Made by a program: the position numbers and the translations under genes
Notes under the pieces: generated by a model
What the model was told of the DNA's origin: nothing
The model's input: the letters and a program-made list of their open reading frames with translations, nothing else
Databases searched by the model: none
Shown here: positions 44,352-51,631 of the stretch, piece after piece
Layout: each line of letters opens with the position of its first letter
Numbering within the stretch: the first letter of the stretch is position 1
NCBI GenBank assembly: GCA_964473825.1
Contig: CAYYQL010000001.1
Location: 1-64,000 of the forward strand
DNA from: an uncultured archaeon
GTDB taxonomy: Archaea > Asgardarchaeota > Thorarchaeia > Thorarchaeales > Thorarchaeaceae
Direction: 5' to 3'
Length of the DNA stretch: 64,000 nt

Positions 44352-44635
44352 TGCGTAGGGTCGACACCGACTACTTCTCCGTCGAGTACCCCGAGGACGT
44401 GACCTGCAGGCCCTTCGCGGTGCAGGAACCTCCGCTCCTCATGATGGTCTTTCGCAGAAGGGACGGACAGGAGATACACTTCGAGACCAAGCCCGGGGCC
44501 AGGGCCAAGACTATTCTCTTCGACAAGGACATCCTCATCATTGTTGTACGTCGCGACGCAGATACCCCCGATCTTGGCGACGGAGAGCAGGTCCCTGATA
44601 TCATCTCGAGAAGACTCTCAGGGGAGGGCAACTGA
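44351..44635 (+). CDS. Hypothetical protein
   Basis: TGATG coupling to upstream and downstream genes. Confidence 0.65.
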   Translation: MRRVDTDYFSVEYPEDVTCRPFAVQEPPLLMMVFRRRDGQEIHFETKPGARAKTILFDKDILIIVVRRDADTPDLGDGEQVPDIISRRLSGEGN

Positions 44636-44988
44636 TGGACTGCTATGAGTTTTCCTCGATTTCTCGGGTATCAGACACGACCGGCTTCCATCCGATCAAG
44701 AGCGGAAGGGACTATGCCTTCGAGCCAGACAGGGAGTTCGTGACCTTCTCCCAGGAGATCAACCTCGGTAACACTCCCCTGGAGAACTGCGCTGCACTCT
44801 TGGTGAGGACTCGGAGCCCTGCCGCTGATGTCGCGAGAAGCATCAAGAAGACTGAGACCGACAGGGAGCATGCCTGGGCCGATACCTCATTCTCGAGTGC
44901 TGTGGGCCTCATCCACGTGGTCTCCGACGTGGAGGTCTCACTCTCAGTGGTCCGACCCGACCTGCTCCTGGTCTTCCTGCAGAAGTGA
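44635..44988 (+). CDS. Hypothetical protein
   Basis: TGATG translational coupling, GGGAG upstream. Confidence 0.6.
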   Translation: MDCYEFSSISRVSDTTGFHPIKSGRDYAFEPDREFVTFSQEINLGNTPLENCAALLVRTRSPAADVARSIKKTETDREHAWADTSFSSAVGLIHVVSDVEVSLSVVRPDLLLVFLQK

Positions 44989-44997
44989 TCTAGGAGG

Positions 44998-45129
44998 ATG
45001 ATGAGTCTGCCAGATCCAACAAAGCAAGAGGTCCTTGCGTGGTATCGAAAGGTCGCTCGAGAAGAAGTCAAGAAGGTCCTCGGGGAGATCAGTCCCAAGC
45101 AGCGGAGAACCCTCCAGGAGGGGATGTAG
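44998..45129 (+). CDS. Small hypothetical protein (43 aa)
   Basis: MMSLPDPTKQEVLAWYRKVAREEVKKVLGEISPKQRRTLQEGM after AGGAGG. Confidence 0.55.
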   Translation: MMSLPDPTKQEVLAWYRKVAREEVKKVLGEISPKQRRTLQEGM

Positions 45130-45130
45130 T

Positions 45131-45472
45131 GTGGAGCGGCCTGATTCTATCTCTATTGCGAAGGGCCATGTTGCTCCTGCGAATAGCCTACAGAACAAGC
45201 AGCCACTCTGTCAATCCTGTGCCAAGCGACACTTCTGCAACCAGTTCGTCTGGCAAGTTGCTCCCATGACTACCTGTGAGATGCGGATAGCCTATAGCCT
45301 GTCCTCAGAGTTATGGCTTCTATGGCTCTACCATCTTGCTCCACTCTGCCATGAATGCGCTATCTACCTGGACTGCGAGGAAGAATGCTGCGAAGAGTAC
45401 CACGATCCCCCGGCGGTCTGGTATCTCATGCTTGCCTATTCGTGGCTTGAGAAGTACAAGGAGGAGAACTAG
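45131..45472 (+). CDS. Cys-rich protein with two PLCxxCA repeats
   Basis: PLCQSCAKRHFC and PLCHECAIYLDC; GTG start likely. Confidence 0.55.
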   Translation: MERPDSISIAKGHVAPANSLQNKQPLCQSCAKRHFCNQFVWQVAPMTTCEMRIAYSLSSELWLLWLYHLAPLCHECAIYLDCEEECCEEYHDPPAVWYLMLAYSWLEKYKEEN

Positions 45473-46444
45473 ATGCAGGTACTGGTCAGGAATCAACATC
45501 TCTGCACCGAGTGTGGAGCTCCCCTCATCTCCCACAATGGGGCTCTCGTCTGCAGAGAGTGTGGTCTCGAGCACAGACGCGAACTGGTCCCAGGGACATT
45601 CAAGATCGGGGAGTCCATTGACTACGGCGAGGACTACTCCGCAAGCAGGTCGACGTCCGTCAACGATGCAGATGTCCTCGTAGATGGTGATGGTCTCGGG
45701 ACTTATATCTCCAGCTCGGTGAGAATGAGCTCCAGTTACCAACGAGCCAAGATCTACCGACTGCAGCAGCTCAATCGTCGCATCGCCTTGAAGCACCTGG
45801 AGCAAGAACGCAAGGTCCTTGTCTGGCTGGGTCGCTACGCCTCTGAGCTCGGACTCTCAGGCCAGATAGTGAGAAGAGCCAAGCATCTCTGCAAGCAGGC
45901 AATGAGACGCCTTCAGCAGGTCGGCGACGAGTTCAACAACTGCAGTCTGAACCGGGTCATCCTGGGCTGCTCTTCAACGATCTTCGCAGCTCGAGAGGCA
46001 AGAGTCCCGATGGATCCCCAGGAGATCATTGACGTCTGGGCCCAGCGTCATCGGGTCACTCTCTGCAACGTCAGGAAGGGCCTGTACTGGATCCAGAAAC
46101 AGACAGGGATTCCGTTCTCCTTCTCGAGGCCGATCGATTATGTTGACAAGACGGTCTCCGAGCTCAGGGCCTGCAATGAACTGATGGAACGAATCAGTGA
46201 CAGGGGACTTGATCTAGAGCGACTGATGCAGAGGCTGCGGCAAGATCTCAGCATGATTCTCAGTGCTACTCCCTCGGTTGTCTATCAGGGACGAAAGCCC
46301 TCAACCCTGACCCCAGCCCTTGCGTACGTTCTGCTGAAACGGCAGTGTGTCGGGGTGAGCCAGAAGGTGGTCGCTAGGGCCTGCGGAATCAGCTACCTGA
46401 CAATGCGGTACGGCTCTAGCCTTTGGAGGGAATACCTGAGATGA
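45473..46444 (+). CDS. Divergent transcription initiation factor B (TFB/TFIIB) homolog
   Basis: N-terminal Zn ribbon CTECG...LVCRECGL, DGLGTYI linker, cyclin folds (ASELGL, IFAAREARVP, RPIDYV, QGRKPS, SQKVVARACGIS). Confidence 0.85.
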   Translation: MQVLVRNQHLCTECGAPLISHNGALVCRECGLEHRRELVPGTFKIGESIDYGEDYSASRSTSVNDADVLVDGDGLGTYISSSVRMSSSYQRAKIYRLQQLNRRIALKHLEQERKVLVWLGRYASELGLSGQIVRRAKHLCKQAMRRLQQVGDEFNNCSLNRVILGCSSTIFAAREARVPMDPQEIIDVWAQRHRVTLCNVRKGLYWIQKQTGIPFSFSRPIDYVDKTVSELRACNELMERISDRGLDLERLMQRLRQDLSMILSATPSVVYQGRKPSTLTPALAYVLLKRQCVGVSQKVVARACGISYLTMRYGSSLWREYLR

Positions 46445-46641
46445 CGATCAGGATCATCGGTCGGGAGCAGGTGGTCTGTGACTGCACCGGCAACACCTCT
46501 GAGACCTACCAGGACAGGCTTCTGGTGGGCATATCCCACAGCAGGGACAGCATTATCGTCCGGGTGTTCTGTCCCGAGTGCGACGCGACCCGTGATTTCA
46601 CCATCAGGAGTGGTCTGCACCTGGACTGGATGTCTCACTAG
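46441..46641 (+). CDS. Small Zn-binding protein
   Basis: CDC ... CPEC; ATGA overlap with TFB; stop TAG is part of a repeat copy. Confidence 0.6.
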   Translation: MTIRIIGREQVVCDCTGNTSETYQDRLLVGISHSRDSIIVRVFCPECDATRDFTIRSGLHLDWMSH

Positions 46642-46925
46642 TTACCAACGAGTTGAACCGACCAGGAGAGATTTCCTCCCTGGCGGGAATTCGCTCTATC
46701 GAGCGAGGTGATGAATGGGAACTGACGGACCTGGAGTACACTGTCATGCTCTCGGCCTCTCTCAGCTAGAACAGGCGGTTTCAGATCGCCCTCTCCTATT
46801 TCTTGAGATGGTGCTTAGCCAGAGGTCACGTCGACCAGCTTGACAAGTTGGCGCGCGCCAACTCGTTGGTAACTTGAAACAGCTGCAGAAGTTAGCGCGC
46901 CAAGTGTCAGAGGATAAAAGGGGGG

Positions 46926-47381
46926 CTAATCAGGTATTCTACTGGACGAAGACACATCAGATACATTCGTTGATGAAACAACATAGACGGGCTCTTGGAA
47001 CTGGTTAATGCGAGATGATCTGACAACCCTTGATACGATTAGTCTGACCTTCAGAATGTCTCCATTCTCCAGTCGATGTGTATTCCACACTTCCTTAACT
47101 GGCTCGAAATCAACCATTGTCCGAGTTTCTTCAATTCCTTCCTCTTCAGACAAGGCAAGTGATTTTGCTTCTTTGGATACTCTCACACTGGTGACATTGG
47201 TAGCAGCATAGGCAATAAGAGGTCCGCCCGATATCTTGAGCTGGTGGGTGTCGAAGACTTTGAATACGATGGGTCTGATTCTCATCCTCGAACCATCTAC
47301 TAAATCATATTCATTCCATCCTTCATGGATGGGTTCGAAATCAAGTTCTGTAGCTTCTTCGCTGAGTTTCCTTATCTCCAA
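46926..47381 (-). CDS. Hypothetical protein with internally duplicated ~70-aa domain
   Basis: DFEPIHEGWNEYDLVDGSRMRIRPIV / DFEPVKEVWNTHRLENGDILKVRLIV. Confidence 0.75.
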   Translation of the reverse strand: MEIRKLSEEATELDFEPIHEGWNEYDLVDGSRMRIRPIVFKVFDTHQLKISGGPLIAYAATNVTSVRVSKEAKSLALSEEEGIEETRTMVDFEPVKEVWNTHRLENGDILKVRLIVSRVVRSSRINQFQEPVYVVSSTNVSDVSSSSRIPD

Positions 47382-47383
47382 TG

Positions 47384-47947
47384 CTATCCTCTCATCTTGT
47401 TTGCCTTCACATCATAAATCTTGATTGGATGTGTGTCTGACCAGAATCCCTTGTCAAATGTGGCCAGATAGTCACATCCGAAGTAGCATGCAAGCGAAAT
47501 ATGGAATGCATCGTTTCCACCAATCCCCACCAGCTTCTGGTTCGAGCCTCTCATGGCGACACGGTAGTTGGAATTCCTTAGCTGGTCCAGACCAAGCTCT
47601 AGCACTGCCCATACAAGGGGAGCATTTCTTCCTAGAATTGACAGCTCAAACTGAGTACCTGAAACAAACTCAAGATTCTTTAGAGCCATGATCTTTCCGA
47701 CTCCTTGTACTACATCCTGCTCAATGACTCCATAGTTCGTGTAGTTCTTGCGGACACAAGCTTTCCGAATGACGCTAATCATCTCCATCAATGCCCAAGT
47801 TGAAACAATCCCTGTTGCTGTTCCTTGTGCTATCTGCTGAAAGAAAGCCTTAGTGGCTCGTCTATCTCTACTGCGTCCGTAGCCGCTGAGATAGTTTAGA
47901 AGGACCGATGTATCGATGTAACAGAAACCGGCGGGAATCGAAGACAT
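47384..47947 (-). CDS. PIN-domain (VapC-like) nuclease/toxin
   Basis: YIDTSVL, ME, NDAFHISLA, LATFDKGF acidic PIN residues. Confidence 0.85.
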   Translation of the reverse strand: MSSIPAGFCYIDTSVLLNYLSGYGRSRDRRATKAFFQQIAQGTATGIVSTWALMEMISVIRKACVRKNYTNYGVIEQDVVQGVGKIMALKNLEFVSGTQFELSILGRNAPLVWAVLELGLDQLRNSNYRVAMRGSNQKLVGIGGNDAFHISLACYFGCDYLATFDKGFWSDTHPIKIYDVKANKMRG

Positions 47948-47960
47948 CCTTTCTCCCTCT

Positions 47961-48359
47961 CTACTTGAGTCTGACCTCTCTCAGCAGGTCCTCGACAGTC
48001 TTATCTTCCTCTCCATCGAATAGATGGGCAAGTGAGCCAAACCCATCTTCAATTGATTCAAAGCATGGATGAGGTAAGGGTCTATCCCCGGCTATAATCC
48101 TCCAGATGCGTTGTCTGCTGTGCTCGGCAACACGCCGTCCCTCTACGGACGTAGTTAGTGAATATGTAGGAACTATGGACACCTGTAGTTGAAGCATGGA
48201 GAAATGTTGTCTTGAATCGGTAGAGCACTCGACAGGATTCTGGGTTTCTTCAGGAGCAACTCGGACTAGAACGCAGTCCATCAGGTTCTCCGACGTTTCC
48301 GGGGATATCTGAAGAATGGATTCATTTTGTTCTTTTGAAACCAGCACTGGACCCACCAC
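47961..48359 (-). CDS. Putative antitoxin (VapB-like C-terminus)
   Basis: Upstream of PIN gene; C-terminal GSL...TVEDLLREVR typical of VapB tails. Confidence 0.5.
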   Translation of the reverse strand: MVGPVLVSKEQNESILQISPETSENLMDCVLVRVAPEETQNPVECSTDSRQHFSMLQLQVSIVPTYSLTTSVEGRRVAEHSRQRIWRIIAGDRPLPHPCFESIEDGFGSLAHLFDGEEDKTVEDLLREVRLK

Positions 48360-48560
48360 CAGGAGTACCTCTCCGAATTCTAGTATGCCTTCCTCAGATA
48401 AAAGGGTTTTTCGTCAGGGCAATCAGGTCAACCCTATTAGAATCCACAGTGTATCCAGTACCCTATCCACCTTGACCAAGAACTAGAGGGCACTCCTGCT
48501 TGAATGGTCACAGGACTATTCAACTCGTTGGTAACTACGACTTGAGGTTGTTAAAAGGCA

Positions 48561-49289
48561 TTGGCACTACTAGAGACCATGAGTCTAACAGGTGGGATCT
48601 ATCGAACCCAGGATGAGAATGCGAATCTCCTGACGGTGATCTACATCGTCGCTGGTGCATTGACTGCGACCTTCTCGGCTCGAGCAGTCATGAATGACCC
48701 TACTCAGCTCAGCCGATGGCTACTCTTCTTGGTGTGGCTGGCATTGGGCATCAGTATCGCTGCACTCATCGGCGTGCAGGCTCGACCCGAGCGGGTCATC
48801 GGAGAGGGCTTTGCTCTCTCGATTGGTATCATAGGCTACTCGGTCATCATGGTGATCCAGTACTGCATGGTGCTGGTCTCGGCCTTCATGCCCTTCTCCC
48901 AGATGAACTTCTACTTCGCGATTTTGGCCCCGATATCGGAGACCTTCTTTTTCACGGTCACGCTGTACAGGATCATCCGCGTGGCCCTTCCTGCCTTCAC
49001 CTGGCTCTTCTCGAACCTGATCTCGTCGATTACCTTCGCGCTGTATCACTACTTCGTCTATGGTCTGGACCCGATTTCGCTCATCGTCCTCTTCTTGGGC
49101 AACACCGTCCTCAACTACACCTTTGAACTGACGAAGAACCCTGCAGCACCCATCACGGCACATCTCCTCGTGAATCTGACGCCCTACTGGTGGGACGTCG
49201 CGGGTCTCTTGGTTGCCAACTGGTGGATGATTGCACTCCCGATCTTCCTCACTGTGGTGTGCATCATCTGCGGCGGGACCCGGCGCTAG
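48561..49289 (+). CDS. CPBP/type II CAAX-like intramembrane protease
   Basis: Multi-TM; APISETFF (EE motif degenerate), FALYH, AHLLVN. Confidence 0.75.
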   Translation: MALLETMSLTGGIYRTQDENANLLTVIYIVAGALTATFSARAVMNDPTQLSRWLLFLVWLALGISIAALIGVQARPERVIGEGFALSIGIIGYSVIMVIQYCMVLVSAFMPFSQMNFYFAILAPISETFFFTVTLYRIIRVALPAFTWLFSNLISSITFALYHYFVYGLDPISLIVLFLGNTVLNYTFELTKNPAAPITAHLLVNLTPYWWDVAGLLVANWWMIALPIFLTVVCIICGGTRR

Positions 49290-49637
49290 TTACCAACGAG
49301 TGGACTGAGACCGTCCTCTCATCTCCTTGCTTCATGTTGCTCAGTAACTACTGGCCAGTTACCAACGAGTCAGAAGAAGCGATTCTCGACCTGTGACACT
49401 GTCTTGTTGCTCCCCTCAGCATTCAACAGTGACGAAGTTATTAAGAATCGGTCATATCTTGATAGTGTGACCTAAGGTGCTTCTTGACCCAGAGAGCGGG
49501 AGGGACCGCTGCTATCTGTTCTCTATGTTTGACACCACTGAGAGTGGTGGTAGTCTAGACACTTCAGGGAGTCGGTGTCAACCACTGAGATTTTCGCGAA
49601 AAACGAGAATCCGTCTACACCCTTCTCTTCATTGGCG

Positions 49638-49773
49638 CGGAGGAGATGGGGCAGGGGATCTCTGGGGACAGGTGGGAGGGCTGGAGGGGAACGGGAGCGC
49701 CAGGGACCAGGAGCGGAGGGGCGAGAGGGCGGTGGTGGGGGCGCCATGAAATTTTTGCGGAGGAGGGGGAGTG
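49638..49773 (+). other. Strongly G-skewed non-coding tract with G-quadruplex potential
   Basis: More than ten runs of GGG to GGGGG in ~135 bp. Confidence 0.7.
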
Positions 49774-49814
49774 TAGACGATTAACTATGAAGAATCTCAA
49801 GGAGACGATAGACG

Positions 49815-50102
49815 GTGACCACTGAGAAACCTAACTTCGTGGAGAGGAATCTGGATGAGGCGACGGCTGAGGTTTTTGCCCTGCTTGCAGAGCAGCGACG
49901 TCGCACAGGGACCTTCCTGATATCGCAGAAGGCTCTTCGGAAACAGATTCAAGACCGATTCGGCGGGAGTCCCACGCAGGCCGGCTACCTTGCCAGGGGT
50001 GTGATGAAACGCTTGCAGGAGCGGGGAATCGCGGAGATCTGGGACCAAGAGAAGATGTCCAGCTTCAAGAAGAAGATCTACAAGGTCCATGCGGAGGTCT
50101 GA
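49815..50102 (+). CDS. Winged-helix-like DNA-binding protein, paralog 1
   Basis: ARGVMKRLQERGIAEIW...KKIYKV; similar to next gene. Confidence 0.7.
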   Translation: MTTEKPNFVERNLDEATAEVFALLAEQRRRTGTFLISQKALRKQIQDRFGGSPTQAGYLARGVMKRLQERGIAEIWDQEKMSSFKKKIYKVHAEV

Positions 50103-50104
50103 CT

Positions 50105-50374
50105 GTGACAAGATATGTCGAGCAGAATCTCGAGGAGGCCTACCAGGAGGTTCTCAGCATCCTGGAGGAGCAACGACGCCGCATGGGAACATTCGTTATC
50201 TCGCTGAAACGCATCAGGACCTATGTATCCGAGAGGGTCGGGGGACACAAGAGCCAGGTGGGACGTCTGAGCCGGGCAGTGATGGAACGGCTCGAGCAGG
50301 AGGGCGTTGTCCAGATCTGGGATGAGTGGGAGATGAGGAAGTACAATCGCCGGGTCTACCAGGTCCGTGCCTGA
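50105..50374 (+). CDS. Winged-helix-like DNA-binding protein, paralog 2
   Basis: SRAVMERLEQEGVVQIW...RRVYQV. Confidence 0.7.
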   Translation: MTRYVEQNLEEAYQEVLSILEEQRRRMGTFVISLKRIRTYVSERVGGHKSQVGRLSRAVMERLEQEGVVQIWDEWEMRKYNRRVYQVRA

Positions 50375-50908
50375 GACCCTGAAGGTAAGTTTATTAAGTC
50401 TAGACGGAATCGTAATAACATGCCTTGCGAAATCCTCCCCGGACTTCTTGAAGCAAGGTATTCCTCTCGTGATTTCTGGTCCTGATCTCATCATCAGGAC
50501 CTCTTTTCCTTGTTCATCAAAAGAGCATTATTTACCAACGACGGCTTTTTATATTTCTAGACAGAAGGACTGAGTGTCTTTTCTCTCGGGGAGGGACGAA
50601 AGGACTCGCGCCTCGGCGCGGATTTGCATAGGAAATCATGAGATGAAAAGAATGAAAACTGCCCTACGTGAAGTTGGGACTGGGCGTGGAAGAGCCCTAG
50701 CCTCTCAAAAGCAAGGCTCTCGTCACGACTGCTGCAGTCCCAGAAAGAACAAAGCTGACTCCCCTTATGAAGGCAGCTGTAATACCAGTGGCGTCAGCCA
50801 CTGCGGCAAGATACTGTTTCTCAAGTACTCCAGGGTCTGTTTCGAGAGGCTTTATGGTCCTCTGCATAGTTTCCGGAGTCCGAGCGACATCATCCAGGGG
50901 GTGCATTC

Positions 50909-51631
50909 TTGAACTCCAAGAATGAGTCCACATATATCGTTGAGGCTCAGCCTGTCGAGATTCCGACTCTCTGGATCGACAAGACCAAACACGCTCTCAA
51001 GGAGCTCGAGCGCTTCAAGCGAGAGATAGCGACTCCTGATGACTATCAGACCATCAGGGGCAAGCCGTGGCCCACGAAATCATTCTCTCGAAAGATGGGC
51101 CTGTCGGCCAATCTCCGCGATGAGATTGTAGAGAAAGAGAGAATTGACCGGCAGGACGAGAGCTTTGTGTGGTTTCTAACCGTGAGAGTGACTGCTCCGA
51201 ACGGCCGGTTCTGCACTGCTGTCGGTGCTTGCGACAGTAGGGAGCGGAACTTCAACCACGTAGAGCATGATGTCTTTGCCACTGCCCACACGAGGGCAAA
51301 GAACAGGGCGATTCTGGATATGGTCGGCGGGGGAATGATCTCCGCTGAAGAGATTGAGTCGATTCCTAGTGAAGAGTCGGCCTCGCATGAATCTTCAGCA
51401 ATAGGTAACGAGTCATTATCCGGGGAGAAAATCATCGACACGGTGCAGGGACACGGCCTTGAGACCGATGGAATGGAGGTATCCACGGAGAACGGCCAGC
51501 TCATCGTCCTGCTCAAGGGCTATGTTGGGCGTGACCTCTGGGACCGGTACGACGCAATCATGCGCCAGCTGGGCCTTGCCTATACCAAGCCAGAGGGCAA
51601 GGATAGGGGATTCTGGGGGGTGATTGCTTGA
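50909..51631 (+). CDS. Rad52/Sak-like single-strand annealing protein
   Basis: VRVTAPNGR..TAVGAC, ATAHTRAKNRAILDMVGGG.ISAEEI. Confidence 0.6.
   Translation: MNSKNESTYIVEAQPVEIPTLWIDKTKHALKELERFKREIATPDDYQTIRGKPWPTKSFSRKMGLSANLRDEIVEKERIDRQDESFVWFLTVRVTAPNGRFCTAVGACDSRERNFNHVEHDVFATAHTRAKNRAILDMVGGGMISAEEIESIPSEESASHESSAIGNESLSGEKIIDTVQGHGLETDGMEVSTENGQLIVLLKGYVGRDLWDRYDAIMRQLGLAYTKPEGKDRGFWGVIA

Larger units (their letters stand above)
42449..50542. repeat. Dispersed repeat family, core CTCGTTGGTAA (extended CAACTCGTTGGTAACT)
   Basis: Exact cores: + at 42449, 42743, 43607, 43652, 43905, 46862, 48524; - at 42976, 45736, 46642, 49290, 49359; one-mismatch copies at 43059 (+) and 50532 (-). Confidence 0.95.

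Noticed and set aside
46640-46874. MITE with 16-bp terminal inverted repeats
   Set aside because: No target-site duplication, no second copy of the interior and no transposase; the ends are members of the dispersed motif family
42449-49369. CRISPR array interpretation of the CTCGTTGGTAA repeats
   Set aside because: Repeats are only 11-17 bp, in both orientations and irregularly spaced (45 bp to ~1.8 kb); no cas genes
42449-49369. Canonical integron attC sites
   Set aside because: GTTGGTA does not fit GTTRRRY, no regular attC hairpins, and the integrase shows no evident IntI-specific insertion; kept only as an analogy
49477-49800. Gly/Pro-rich ORFs on both strands
   Set aside because: By-products of the G-rich tract
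50367-50933. ORFs 50367-50573, 50574-50912 and 50697-50933
   Set aside because: Conflicting overlapping frames with no motifs; cannot tell which, if any, is real
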